DNA of 64,000 nucleotides from a bacterium (GTDB lineage: Bacteria; Hinthialibacterota; Hinthialibacteria; Hinthialibacterales; Hinthialibacteraceae): the NCBI GenBank assembly GCA_041946805.1, contig JBHGBC010000008.1, forward strand, positions 1 to 64,000. The letters run 5' to 3'. The notes below the pieces were generated by a model. That model searched no databases and was not told where the DNA came from. It saw only the letters and a program-made list of their open reading frames with translations. Shown here one piece after another: positions 49,611 through 59,946 of the stretch (the stretch's first letter is position 1; each line of letters starts with the position of its first letter). A program made the translations under genes and the position numbers.

Positions 49611-52196
49611 TCACGCGTCGTGGTGGATTTCGGATTCCGGTGGCGCCGCCGCCAGGTCTTCCAATCCGGCCGGCGGTTCGTGTCCGGCGATTTCGTCCAA
49701 GAAACCGGGAGGGACCGGCTCGACCGACAAGATTTCATACCGCCCCGTGTGCATGGGCAGTTCGACATCGACGATTTCACCCATTTGTCTGCCGTAAAAC
49801 GTCTGTGCGAAGGGGGCCTGGTAGGAAAGGATGTTCCGGCTGGGATCGGATTCCCACGGCCCCAGCATGATGTACTCTTCCACCTTGTCCGCGCTGGAGG
49901 GCGAAACCCGGAAACGGGCGCCGAAGCCGATCCGCCCGGTGTCCACCTCGCCGAGCTCCACCGGCTTGGCCGTGTGCAGGCTTTCCTTGAGTTCCGCCGC
50001 CTGCGCGGCGAGGAGTTTCTGTTTGTCCTTGGCCGCGTGATATTCCGCGTTTTCGCGCAAATCCCCGTGTTTGCGGGCGGTCTCGATCTCCCGGACCACC
50101 TCGGGGAGTTCCACTTCGATCAGGCGGCGCAGCAAGGCCCGTTTCCGGTCGTAGGTGGCCTTGAGGCAGAGCAGACCCTCGGGCAGGGCCGGGCCTTCCG
50201 TGGCGGCCGCGGTGAACAGGTTGGGATACCGCGCCCGGACAATCGTGGTCAAATCCGCCGCGGTCCGCTGGTCGATGCCTTCGTTGGTGAGGGCGCGGCG
50301 GTAGATGGACTGCGCCACCGTCTCGTCCGCGTTCTGAATGTGAAGTTTGAAGAGGTTGTAATGGTTCCGGCGGATCAGTTCCCGCGCGTCGCCCGCCACC
50401 TTGCGCAAGCGGGCCGCCTCGTCCTTATCCCGCCGTTTGGCCTGGCTGGTCAGGTAATCGACCAGCAGCAGCAAGCGTTCGATCACCACCGCCGGGCTGA
50501 TTTTCCCCTCGCACCAGTTCGTTCCCTCACCGGTGAGGATCCGGCCCCCCAGCCAAATAAAGGTATGCGGAAAGGTCCGGAAGTTGGCCAGCGCCTGCTC
50601 CACGACCTCCAGAATGCAGGCCTGGCATCCCTCTTGCTCCAGGTCGCGGGCCAGTTCGTCACGGACCAACACGTCGGGTTCCAGCAGCAATGCCTGAAAG
50701 AGGCCCGGCCACTCGGCGGGATGCGCTTGCTTGATTTCCCGCGCGAAGAGCGCCTGGTGCGATTTGAACCGCAAGTGCTGCATGATGGCGCTCAGCCGGG
50801 TGACATCGCGCAAGGCTTCGTCGAGGATCACCCGGTCCACGGATTCGATACCCGGGGCGTAGGCCTTCAGATCCTCGTTGGTGAACCACAATTCCACCCG
50901 CTCCGCCCGGCTGCGCCGCGAGGGAGCCATGGCCTGGATTTTCCGGGAAAAATGCTGGACCACGTACTCATGCAGATCGCCCTTCTTGGTGGTGCGCAGG
51001 TAGGTATAGATCTGATCGACCTTGTCGTGCGGAGCCTTGGTCTCATCGAAGCGCAGCAATAATTCCTCCTCGTCACTGACTTCCTGTTCCCGCAGGACGT
51101 ACTTTTTCAACGCCCCGGCGCTCACCGCGATGAACTTTTCCCGCCGCAGCGCCGAACTGGTTTCGGACCACCAGGAAGTCCATTCGCGCACGTTGATCAC
51201 CGCCGGAACCAGGTGCTCCTTGATTTCCTTGGCGGTCAGGGAGCCGCCATAACTTTTTAGCAGCAGTTTGATCAATCCGACGGGATTTTCGCGGAGCAAG
51301 GCCGTCAGTCCGCTGGGATTGATCACCCGTTGCACGCGGAAATCATCGGCGGAAAGCGGTTCGATCACCGTTTGGGCCAGTTCCACGTCCATGGCGTGGT
51401 CGCGCTTCTTCTGAAAGTTGATGACCACCCGCCGGTCCAGCATGTTCAGATCCTTGACCAGCCCGATCCCCCAATCCGGATGCCGCACATAGCAACCGGG
51501 CAGGAAATTCATGAACAACTCCACTTCCACCAATGCCTCGGGCAGGGGACGGTTGCCGCGGATGCCGGTGTAATCCAAGACCCGCTCCATCGAGCTGGAT
51601 TCGGGGTGCAACTGCCGCAGGGTTTCGACCAGGGGTTCCCGCAAGGAGGGATCCTTGGGTGTGTACTCGAGGATCCGCCGGAGAAGGCGGAACCGGTTGG
51701 GCCAGTCCTTGCGCTCCTCGGTGGAAGGGAGAAGCATTTGCAGCAGCACGGAGGCCCGCTGGCGCTGCTTGATGCCGTTCAGGTGATCGGCGACGCGGAA
51801 AAAGAAATTGAGGTTTTGCGGCTCCAGTTCCACCATATCCAGCCACAGTTCCTCGATTTTGTCATACTGCCTTTCGGCGGTGGCGGCTTCGAGAGCGATC
51901 TCCAGGTGCCGGACCGCCTCCTTTTCATTCCCCATCTCCATAAAATATTGCGACAACCGTTGCGCGGTCTCCACGACCCGGTCCTTGAGTTCCAACAGAC
52001 GCTCCAAGGCCCTTTCGTACTCCGCGTCTTTCCGTTGGAGGCGTTCCAAGGCCTGCGCCAACGCCCGCAGGAGGATGGGCGCATCCGGCTCGAATTGGAG
52101 ACGATCCCGGGCTTTTTCCGCCAGACCACACCAATTTTCGCTCTGGCGCAATTGGTTCAACTCTTCCATAAGGTGATCTAAGTCTTTCATTTCCAT
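49611..52196 (-). CDS. greA: Transcription elongation factor GreA with a ~690-aa N-terminal extension
   Basis: C-terminal EIETARKHGDLRENAEYHAAK and LGPWESDP...SYQAP. Confidence 0.88.
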   Translation of the reverse strand: MEMKDLDHLMEELNQLRQSENWCGLAEKARDRLQFEPDAPILLRALAQALERLQRKDAEYERALERLLELKDRVVETAQRLSQYFMEMGNEKEAVRHLEIALEAATAERQYDKIEELWLDMVELEPQNLNFFFRVADHLNGIKQRQRASVLLQMLLPSTEERKDWPNRFRLLRRILEYTPKDPSLREPLVETLRQLHPESSSMERVLDYTGIRGNRPLPEALVEVELFMNFLPGCYVRHPDWGIGLVKDLNMLDRRVVINFQKKRDHAMDVELAQTVIEPLSADDFRVQRVINPSGLTALLRENPVGLIKLLLKSYGGSLTAKEIKEHLVPAVINVREWTSWWSETSSALRREKFIAVSAGALKKYVLREQEVSDEEELLLRFDETKAPHDKVDQIYTYLRTTKKGDLHEYVVQHFSRKIQAMAPSRRSRAERVELWFTNEDLKAYAPGIESVDRVILDEALRDVTRLSAIMQHLRFKSHQALFAREIKQAHPAEWPGLFQALLLEPDVLVRDELARDLEQEGCQACILEVVEQALANFRTFPHTFIWLGGRILTGEGTNWCEGKISPAVVIERLLLLVDYLTSQAKRRDKDEAARLRKVAGDARELIRRNHYNLFKLHIQNADETVAQSIYRRALTNEGIDQRTAADLTTIVRARYPNLFTAAATEGPALPEGLLCLKATYDRKRALLRRLIEVELPEVVREIETARKHGDLRENAEYHAAKDKQKLLAAQAAELKESLHTAKPVELGEVDTGRIGFGARFRVSPSSADKVEEYIMLGPWESDPSRNILSYQAPFAQTFYGRQMGEIVDVELPMHTGRYEILSVEPVPPGFLDEIAGHEPPAGLEDLAAAPPESEIHHDA

Positions 52197-52444
52197 TGGT
52201 TTAAACCCATGGCCGGATCTCAGATGGTGAAACGGTTTTCAAACATCTTCCCGCCCCACCCAGGGATGAGGCAAAATGACATTTTAGCAGGAACCGGGCG
52301 TTCAGGCCACGGGCTTAGGCGCGGGGGTGTTTCCCTGGATTGAAACCTTGGGATGCCGGCAGACCGTTGCCCGAAGGGAGACATGTTTGAATGATTTGGG
52401 AGATCTGGAGGTATACCGGAAGATGATTGCGCCCCGAAAAGTCT

Positions 52445-52480
52445 TTCCCTCACCCTGGCCTTCTCCCGGTGGAGAGGGAA
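52445..52480 (+). repeat. REP-A copy
   Basis: CCCTCACCCTGGCCTTCTCCCGGTGGAGAGGG. Confidence 0.75.
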
Positions 52481-52629
52481 ACGGATAGAAAACTAGGGCC
52501 AAGGATCTTGGATAATCCAATACAGGATCACATAGAGGCGAATGGGACATTCCTCCCGGATTGTTTCATCCCCCGATTCATGCTATAAGGCGCAATGCGG
52601 CTCAGGATGGCGGAAAGGAACATCGCATC

Positions 52630-53088
52630 GTGCCTGCCCGGCTGACTCACGACTATTTCATGCGGCTGGCCCTCAACCAGGCCCGTATCGCCGCCGCGTA
52701 TGGAGACATTCCCGTGGGGGCGGTCGTAGTGCTGGATGGAGCCGTCATCGGCCGGGGACGGAACATGCGCGAATGCCGCCAGGATCCCGCCGCGCATGCC
52801 GAAATCGAGGCCCTGCGGGACGCGGCCGCTCAAATCGGCCGCTGGCGGCTGAACGCGTGTTCGCTTTATTGCACGATGGAACCGTGCGTCATGTGCGCGG
52901 GCGCCCTCGTCCAGGCACAGGTTGGACACCTTTATTACGGCGCGTCCGATCCCAAGGCGGGCGGGGTGGAAAGCCTGTACCAGATTTTGGAAGACACCCG
53001 GCTCAATCACCAGGTGCTGGTTCATGCGGGAATCCTCCAGGAAGAATGCGAGCGGTTATTGAAAGATTTTTTTGAACGGTTACGATAA
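52630..53088 (+). CDS. tadA: tRNA-specific adenosine deaminase
   Basis: IPVGAVVV, AHAEI, TMEPCVMCAGA, DPKAGG. GTG 52630 chosen because of an upstream AAGGA. Confidence 0.95.
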   Translation: MPARLTHDYFMRLALNQARIAAAYGDIPVGAVVVLDGAVIGRGRNMRECRQDPAAHAEIEALRDAAAQIGRWRLNACSLYCTMEPCVMCAGALVQAQVGHLYYGASDPKAGGVESLYQILEDTRLNHQVLVHAGILQEECERLLKDFFERLR

Positions 53089-53132
53089 GAGTTCCCGGGC
53101 CTGCAAGGGACCGGATGACAAGAAACCTTTTC

Positions 53133-53222
53133 GGAGGGGTGGCCGAGAGGTCGAAGGCGCCCGCCTCGAAAGCGGGTATACGGGTAACCGTATCGTGGGT
53201 TCGAATCCCACCCCCTCCGCCA
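53133..53222 (+). tRNA. tRNA-Ser (anticodon CGA)
   Basis: Acceptor stem GGAGGGG/CCCCTCC, anticodon stem CCCGC-CTCGAAA-GCGGG, long variable arm, TTCGAATC T-loop and encoded CCA. Confidence 0.97.
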
Positions 53223-53227
53223 GGATC

Positions 53228-54727
53228 TTAATCGCCTTCCTTGTAACCCAACACTTCGATTTCGCGGTCCAGCAGCGCGAACCGCGCCTTGGTGATGAGA
53301 TTCCGGACCAGGTACAGGCTGTTCATGATGGTGATCCGGGCGCCGGGCCAGACCTTTTCCCGCACGATGACGCCGGCGATGTCCTTTTTGCCTTCCTCGG
53401 CCTGCGTACCGCTGATCCGCGCTTCCTCTTGCAATTGCTGAATCTGGGTTTGTATCTGCAGGCCGGCCCGGATGATCTTCAAGCGGATCGCTTCTTTATC
53501 TTTGTCCAGTTTTCCCTGATCCCGCAGTTGGTTCAAGCTGGTGACCGCCAGCCGCAGCCGGTTGTAATTTTCCGTCAAGGTCCCGATCTGCATCAGAATC
53601 TGGTTCCGCTTTTCCAATTCCTTTTTCAGGTTCGCGCCGACGATCAGTTCGGTTTTCACCCCCAGTTCCGAACCGATCACTCCGGCGGAAATCCGTTTTT
53701 CCGCCTGGATCGTTCCCCCGACGATGACCGCCTTGGAGCCTTGCACGATGACCTCCCGCCCCGCCGTCACCGCCGAGTTCGTGATGGCGCCGTTCACGAT
53801 GACATCGTTTCCCGCTTCTACCCGGGCGTTGCTGATGAACTTGACCACCACATCGCCCCCGGCCTTGATCACCGCCTTCTGGTTTCCCTGGATCCCCCCG
53901 TTGATGAAAATGCTCCCCCCCGCTTCCAGTTCCGCTGCTTCCACCAGCCCGTTGATATGCAGATCCTGTCCTGCTTTCACCCGGAAGTCCGGCAGAACGC
54001 CGCCGGAAATCACCACGGACTCCCGGCATTCGATATGGCCGGTTTCCAGTGAGACATCACCCTGGACCTTGTAGATGGAGGTCACCGAGATTTTTTCCCC
54101 CTCCCGGCTGATCACGCCATCCAGGTTGGAAAAGAGCTCTTTTCCATCTTCACTGACACGGACGCCCTTGCCCGCCGGAAAGCGGGCTTCCTGGCCGGCG
54201 CCGGCAGGCAGTTCCTGGCCGTAGACGTTCATGCCCGATTCGCCCACGGTGGGGGGTATCAATCGTGCAAGTAGTTGATTTTCTTCGACTTGCAGAACGT
54301 GATGTCTTTCTTTCCAATCCACCCGGCCCTTGCGTTCTTTCAGCTCGGCCCCCTCCAGGATCGACAAATCCACTTGCCAATCCACCCGGCCGTCCAAGCC
54401 ATGGCAGGGGGATTTGCCCTTGGCCACGGGGAGGGGCTGATTGAAGCATTTCTCCCGGAAAATACGCTCGAGTTGGCTTCGGTCGATGCCAAAAACGACC
54501 TTGTTCTGGTGAAGGTAGCGTTCCAGATCCTCGGGCGTGTAACGATCCGCATAGGCAGCGTCCAGCTGCAGACTGGCCGACATCTGGCTGGCGGAAACCT
54601 CCAGGCTCAGGCCATCACCCCAGTTGAACACCGGCGGCGCTTTTCCTTGGCTTCGGGCCGAGGATCCGGCCGGAGAGCGGGAAGATCCGCCGTCCTTCCG
54701 GTCCGCAGGCAGATGCACATCGTTCAT
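53228..54727 (-). CDS. FapA/DUF342 family protein
   Basis: VVFGID, VAKG..P..G.DG, PPTVGESGMNVYG, GDVSLETGHI and IGSELGVKT motifs. The start may be 54778. Confidence 0.88.
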   Translation of the reverse strand: MNDVHLPADRKDGGSSRSPAGSSARSQGKAPPVFNWGDGLSLEVSASQMSASLQLDAAYADRYTPEDLERYLHQNKVVFGIDRSQLERIFREKCFNQPLPVAKGKSPCHGLDGRVDWQVDLSILEGAELKERKGRVDWKERHHVLQVEENQLLARLIPPTVGESGMNVYGQELPAGAGQEARFPAGKGVRVSEDGKELFSNLDGVISREGEKISVTSIYKVQGDVSLETGHIECRESVVISGGVLPDFRVKAGQDLHINGLVEAAELEAGGSIFINGGIQGNQKAVIKAGGDVVVKFISNARVEAGNDVIVNGAITNSAVTAGREVIVQGSKAVIVGGTIQAEKRISAGVIGSELGVKTELIVGANLKKELEKRNQILMQIGTLTENYNRLRLAVTSLNQLRDQGKLDKDKEAIRLKIIRAGLQIQTQIQQLQEEARISGTQAEEGKKDIAGVIVREKVWPGARITIMNSLYLVRNLITKARFALLDREIEVLGYKEGD

Positions 54728-54971
54728 CCGATTTTGGCCCTGAAAATCCCGGATTCGGGAAGATTCACGGGAGGACACAGCTTCCTCCCCCCGGATTCAT
54801 GTAAATTACAATTCAATCATAGCAATTTAGTGCTTGTATAAACGCAAGGGATTGATATGATATTTATGGCTAATGGAAAGAAATCATCTTATTATTCGAT
54901 CATATCATACGATAATTCTAGTGTACATACGGGTTCGCAGAAACATCGTGTGACTCCTGGAGATCGGGTCA

Positions 54972-55763
54972 ATGAGGGTCATTTCCACGAGAATCATCCC
55001 GGGATTGCTTTGCACCGGCTTCCTTTTCGCTTCCTGCGCCTCCAAGGAAATCACTCAGTTACAGCAATCCGTTCAAAATCTGGAACGCCGGGTGTACCGG
55101 TATCAACAAGACGCCAGTCAGGAGACCGCCCAGACGACTTCGACGCTCTCGGAAGTGAACCAGACGATCAACCAATCGTTCCGGGATCTCCGCAACGCCC
55201 AGTCCAGCCTGGAGAGCCAGGCGGCCCAAACCGCCGGCCGGGTGGACCGGATGGAACGCGCGATTTCCCGGTTGGAGGAGAAAACCCGGAGCCTGGACAC
55301 GTTTTCCACCGACAGTTACGCCACGCTGTCCCAGCAACTGACTCAGACTCAGGAAAGCTTGCAGAGCCAATCTCAGCAAGAATTGCGCGCCATGCAAAAC
55401 GAAGTGGCCGCGCTGGCGGCTGCCGTCAAGGAGCTGCGTTCCGAACAATCCCGGACCCAGGCATCCCTGCGCGGCCTGGAAAATCAAGTTTCCTCCATGG
55501 AGGAAGAAAACCGCAAGATTTACCGCCAGATCCTGCAAGAACTGGGCGTCAAAGTCCCCGAGCCGGAAGCCACCACGTCAGGCCAGGCGGCTCCGGCCGG
55601 TCCGGTGGAGGATTCGGGGAACACGCATACGATCCAAAAAGGAGAAACGCTGTCCACCATCGCAACCAAGTACGGCGTGAGGGTTCAGGATTTACAGACA
55701 CTCAACGGGATCCAGGATCCTTCCAAGATCCGGCTGGGCCAACGCCTTAAAATCCCCAAATAG
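54972..55763 (+). CDS. Coiled-coil + LysM lipoprotein
   Basis: Lipobox LFASC, long Q/E-rich heptads and C-terminal HTIQKGETLSTIATKYG...IRLGQRLKIP. Confidence 0.9.
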   Translation: MRVISTRIIPGLLCTGFLFASCASKEITQLQQSVQNLERRVYRYQQDASQETAQTTSTLSEVNQTINQSFRDLRNAQSSLESQAAQTAGRVDRMERAISRLEEKTRSLDTFSTDSYATLSQQLTQTQESLQSQSQQELRAMQNEVAALAAAVKELRSEQSRTQASLRGLENQVSSMEEENRKIYRQILQELGVKVPEPEATTSGQAAPAGPVEDSGNTHTIQKGETLSTIATKYGVRVQDLQTLNGIQDPSKIRLGQRLKIPK

Positions 55764-55969
55764 CCATAGCGCCGGAAATGGAGCGTCCCCCCCATCGAGG
55801 CGTTACGCGGCGCCCGGATTTTTCGTAGTAATGCATTACGGATGGTCCAAGCCAGGGAGTCCCATGGAGCCGGTGGGAAGGGGGGGACGGCATAATCTCC
55901 GTAGCGGCGGCGGATTGCCAACCAGTCATTCACGAGGGAAAGGGGCAAACGACATTGTTCAATGGTTCC

Positions 55970-56743
55970 ATGGTCTCACTGATACTCATCAATCAACGTG
56001 GAGGCGTGTTTCAACATCTCATCAATAGTTCGATTCTCGCGCTGGCCATTTACCTGGCCCTCCTGGTCCTTTCCATTCTTTCCTGGGGAATCATGATCAA
56101 GAAGTTCGCCGATTTCCGCAAGGAACGCAAGCAATCCCGGGAATTCCGCCGCTTGTTCAACGAATTGGAAGGCAATATCGTGGCTCTGTCCCAGGAGGGC
56201 ATCCTGCCCGCCAACAGCCCCGCCCGGTTGTTCGTTTCCGCCTACGAGGAATTGCGGTTGTGGGCCACGCTGGACCGCGACCAGAACCGGATCATTGCCG
56301 AGCGGCCGGTGGTGCCCGCCCTGGAGCGGACCCTGGACCGGGCCATCGAGATGGAAAAAGACCGCTGGGAGCGGGGAACGACGTTTTTAGCCACCATCGC
56401 CAGCGTTTCGCCCCTGTTGGGGCTGTTGGGAACGGTATGGGGAGTGTTCCTCTCGTTCCAGGAGATGGGCGCGGTGGGGGCCACGAGCCTGGAGACCGTC
56501 GCGCCGGGGATTTCGGAAGCGTTGTTGACCACGGTGGGCGGGTTGCTGGTGGCCATTCCGGCCGTGTTCGCCCATAACTGGATTCTGCGCGCGGTGCGGA
56601 GCATCGAGACGCAATTGGAAACGTTCGCCAGCGAAATCATCAATCACTTTGACCGGCAAATCGTCGTGGGCGCGTTCAGCAACACGACCCGCCTCTCCGC
56701 CCCCCGGCCGGTCAGCCGGAGGAGAACCGGTGGCCCTGCGTAA
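55970..56743 (+). CDS. tolQ: TolQ/ExbB proton channel
   Basis: LATIASVSPLLGLLGTVWG and VAPGISEALLTT.GL.VAIPA. Confidence 0.9.
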   Translation: MVSLILINQRGGVFQHLINSSILALAIYLALLVLSILSWGIMIKKFADFRKERKQSREFRRLFNELEGNIVALSQEGILPANSPARLFVSAYEELRLWATLDRDQNRIIAERPVVPALERTLDRAIEMEKDRWERGTTFLATIASVSPLLGLLGTVWGVFLSFQEMGAVGATSLETVAPGISEALLTTVGGLLVAIPAVFAHNWILRAVRSIETQLETFASEIINHFDRQIVVGAFSNTTRLSAPRPVSRRRTGGPA

Positions 56744-57143
56744 GATTCGGTACCGTAAAGAAGCCCTGGCCGATGTGAACATGACCAACCTCATTGACAT
56801 CATGATGGTGTTGCTCATCGTATTCATCCTGGTGTCCAATTTTGTCCAAACCGGCTTGAACATCCGCGTCCCCCAGGTCAGCTACGTCGAAGCCATGGGC
56901 AAGGAGCAAATCGTCGTCAGCGTGGATCCCAACGGGCGGAAGACGCTCAACGGCCAGCCGGTGAACGAAACCGACCTGCCGGCCAAGCTGACCGAGTTGA
57001 AAAACAAATTCCCCGAGGAGGCCTTGTTCATCAACGCGGACAAGCTGACTTCCTTCGGTGACGTGGCCGAGGTGATCGCCGTTTCCGCCAAGGTCGGCTT
57101 CCAGTCGGTCAATATTCCAGCCATCTACAAGCCCCGGAGTTGA
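56730..57143 (+). CDS. tolR: TolR/ExbD
   Basis: VNMTNLIDIMMVLLIVF and INAD motifs; RBS GGAGGAG before GTG 56730. Confidence 0.9.
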   Translation: MALRKIRYRKEALADVNMTNLIDIMMVLLIVFILVSNFVQTGLNIRVPQVSYVEAMGKEQIVVSVDPNGRKTLNGQPVNETDLPAKLTELKNKFPEEALFINADKLTSFGDVAEVIAVSAKVGFQSVNIPAIYKPRS

Positions 57144-57165
57144 ATTTGCGGAGGAAGTCCGTCAC

Positions 57166-58038
57166 ATGAACGACCGGACGGCGTATATCGTCTCCACCAT
57201 CCTGCACCTCGCGGTATTTCTGTACCTGACGGTCAACCTGCGCTCCCACTATCAATATAGGCCGGGCTCCTACATCTCCATGAACATCGCCCAAGCGCAA
57301 TCCGCTCCGGGGCGGCTCACGACTCCACCGCCCGCCCCGAAAAAACCGGAGCCCGAACCCGAATCCGAGCCCGAGCCCCCCAAGCCGCAAAAAATTGAGA
57401 AGAAACCTCCCAAGCTCACCGAGGACACGATCAGCCAATTGCGGGAAAAATTGAGCAGCACGCCGACCAAAAAGCCCACGGTGAAGCCCACGGACAAGAA
57501 TACTCCGACCCCCCGGCCGACCCCCCGGCCGACGCCGCCTCCCAAGCGTACGCCGACGCCCCGCCCCGCGGGGGAACAGCCGACCCCCACGCCGGACCTC
57601 CCCCGCATCCCCTTGTCGGAAATCGAGTCACAGGTCCCGGCGCCGGCGGACAATGCCGCGGCGCCGGGAGTCAGCGGCGCGCCCATCGGCTCCGGCACGG
57701 GTGAGTACATGACCCAGATTTTCGGCGATCCGAATGCCCCGCACGATTTCACCGGCTATGCCATGATACTCAACAAGCAGTTGTACCGGGCCTGGCTGCA
57801 GCCAACCATCCGGCCGCCCGAATACCGCGATTTCATCACCGTGGTTTCGTTTGCCGTCTATCAGGACGGCAGCATCAGCGATATCTTCTTGGAAGAGAGT
57901 TCCGGATGGCCGGCGCTGGATAAGTCCGTCCTGGAGGCCGTGCAACGCGCCAGCCCCCTGGAACGGCTGCCGATGACATACACCGCTTCCAGCGTGCGCG
58001 TGCTGGTGCCTTTTATCATGCCCAAGAAGACCTATTGA
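57166..58038 (+). CDS. TolA/TonB family protein
   Basis: SxxLH TM motif, Pro-rich linker and SSG...LD...L.AV C-terminal domain. Confidence 0.85.
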   Translation: MNDRTAYIVSTILHLAVFLYLTVNLRSHYQYRPGSYISMNIAQAQSAPGRLTTPPPAPKKPEPEPESEPEPPKPQKIEKKPPKLTEDTISQLREKLSSTPTKKPTVKPTDKNTPTPRPTPRPTPPPKRTPTPRPAGEQPTPTPDLPRIPLSEIESQVPAPADNAAAPGVSGAPIGSGTGEYMTQIFGDPNAPHDFTGYAMILNKQLYRAWLQPTIRPPEYRDFITVVSFAVYQDGSISDIFLEESSGWPALDKSVLEAVQRASPLERLPMTYTASSVRVLVPFIMPKKTY

Positions 58039-58099
58039 GGCGCCGGCGGCGCTCCGGGGGAAATCCCCCGTAAAATACGCCCCGGGACTGCACCGGCAA

Positions 58100-58129
58100 T
58101 TGCACCGGTTTACGGTCCCCTGCTACAAT
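58100..58129 (+). promoter_or_regulatory. Sigma70 promoter upstream of tolB
   Basis: TTGCAC-N18-TACAAT with extended TG. Confidence 0.55.
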
Positions 58130-58196
58130 GGAACTTGTAAATGACCGCATTCAATCAACTCGATTGCATTTCACCACGACAGAAGGTTGAGGGAAA

Positions 58197-59618
58197 ATGA
58201 TGAAACGGATCCTGATATTGTGGCTGGCCGTCACTGGTGGTTTCAGCGCCCTGGCCCTGGCTCCGGCCCCCGCCCCGGCCGGGGAATCGACCTTGTCCAT
58301 CCCCCCGATCATGGGCGGGCTCGAGAAGCCCAAGATGCTGATCGTCCAACCGGCGGTCCGCGAGCCGTTCGCCGGGCAGGAACAAACCGTGCAGGAGCTC
58401 AACGAGTTGTTCCTCTTCGATCTGGGCTTTTCCGATGCGTTCCGGGTGTTCGCGGAAACCCCGCCGGCCGCCTTCCTCCAGCGGCAGGACGTGGAACGCA
58501 ACAACATCTCGTACGAGGATTGGCGGCGCCTCGATGTCAACGGGGTGATGATGGACTACATCGTGAAAAGCGAACTGGTTCCCCGCGGCCCGGGCGTCTT
58601 CGAGCTCGACCTGATGGTGTACGATCTGGTTGACGGCGTCCGGGTCATCGGCAGGGCCTACGGCGGGCCGCCCCATGAGCCCTTCGCCCGCAAGAACCTC
58701 CGCCGCGCCGGCCACAAGGCCACGGCCGAGATCATCTCCAGCCTGACCCAAGGCCAGGTGAAGCCCATCACCGAAACCCGCTTCGCGTTCGTCAATTCCA
58801 ACACCGCCAAGAAAATCAAGGAAATCTTCGTGATCGACTACGACGGATGGAAAGACAGCGTCCAGCAGATCACCTTCTTCAACTCCGTGACCAATTTCCC
58901 CGACTGGTCCCCCGACGGCAACGAACTGGCCTATATCTCCTTCAAAAACAACTGGCCGGACGTGTTCGTTCACAACTTGGCCCAGGGGAAAGTGGTTCCC
59001 GCCGCGCAGTTCAAGGGGACCAACAACACACCCCGCTGGCTGCCGGACGGGCGCAATCTCATCTTCTCCATGTCCGCGTACGGCAATCCCGAGCTGAGCA
59101 TCATTCCCAAGGAAGGCACCAAACAGCCCCGGCGGCTGACCAACAACAACTGGCCGGAAGTGTCCCCCGACGTGTCGCCGGACGGGGCGCGGGTCGCCTT
59201 CGTCTCCAACCGCGTGGGGAGTCCGCAGATTTACATCATGGATATGGACGGATCCAACACGCAGCGCATTTCCTACGTCGAGCGGAAATGCGAATCCCCC
59301 TTCTGGTCGCCGGTCCCCGTGGGCGGCGAATACCGGATCGCCTTCTCGGGCTACTATGACAACCTTCAAAGCGACATCTATACCGTCCGCCCGGACGGAT
59401 CGGACCTGCAGATGCTCACCGAGGGCAAATTCGAGAACCTGAATCCGACCTGGTCGCCCGACGGCCAGTACATCGCTTTTTCATCGAACCGGCTGGGGAA
59501 GCACGAGATCTTCATCATGCCCAGCGACCCCACCCGGCTGCTGCCCGACGGAAAGAAGTATTACCGCGTCACCAGCCTGGCGGGAGAGAATGTCGCGCCG
59601 TCCTGGTCGCCGAATTAA
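58197..59618 (+). CDS. tolB: TolB beta-propeller protein
   Basis: Signal peptide, TolB-N-like domain, DYDG and repeated P.WSPDG (PD40) motifs. Confidence 0.93.
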   Translation: MMKRILILWLAVTGGFSALALAPAPAPAGESTLSIPPIMGGLEKPKMLIVQPAVREPFAGQEQTVQELNELFLFDLGFSDAFRVFAETPPAAFLQRQDVERNNISYEDWRRLDVNGVMMDYIVKSELVPRGPGVFELDLMVYDLVDGVRVIGRAYGGPPHEPFARKNLRRAGHKATAEIISSLTQGQVKPITETRFAFVNSNTAKKIKEIFVIDYDGWKDSVQQITFFNSVTNFPDWSPDGNELAYISFKNNWPDVFVHNLAQGKVVPAAQFKGTNNTPRWLPDGRNLIFSMSAYGNPELSIIPKEGTKQPRRLTNNNWPEVSPDVSPDGARVAFVSNRVGSPQIYIMDMDGSNTQRISYVERKCESPFWSPVPVGGEYRIAFSGYYDNLQSDIYTVRPDGSDLQMLTEGKFENLNPTWSPDGQYIAFSSNRLGKHEIFIMPSDPTRLLPDGKKYYRVTSLAGENVAPSWSPN

Positions 59619-59649
59619 CGCCAATTTAACGAAAGGACCGTTGGAATTC

Positions 59650-59678
59650 TTGTCATTCCGCGGTTGGGCGGGTACGAT
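59650..59678 (+). promoter_or_regulatory. Sigma70 promoter upstream of pal
   Basis: TTGTCA-N17-TACGAT, which implies a leader of about 260 nt. Confidence 0.55.
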
Positions 59679-59946
59679 ATAGGGTGTTGTCAGCATGGTC
59701 CGGCATCTTGGGATCGCGAACCGGCCGCGGAGGGAAATCCGCCGCCAAAGCCTCTTCACTCCCCGTTGGACATTGGAATGGTCTCCTTGACGATCGCCCT
59801 GGGCTGCCCATGCGGAACACGTGTGATTCAATAGATCTACCGATTTTGTTGATTTTATGCTAAAGAAAGTCTTCTTCATCCGGGCGACAGAAAACATGAT
59901 GAGCTTCATCCATCTTGTAATTTAAAAAATCGGGAGGTTCTGCTTC

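Noticed and set aside
53133..53230. tRNA-Ser as an integration site
   Set aside because: No integrase or duplicated tRNA 3' end; FapA ends 5 bp away. tadA next to tRNA-Ser is a common arrangement.
57480..57600. CCGACCCCCCGG tandem repeats
   Set aside because: They simply encode the PTPR linker of TolA/TonB.
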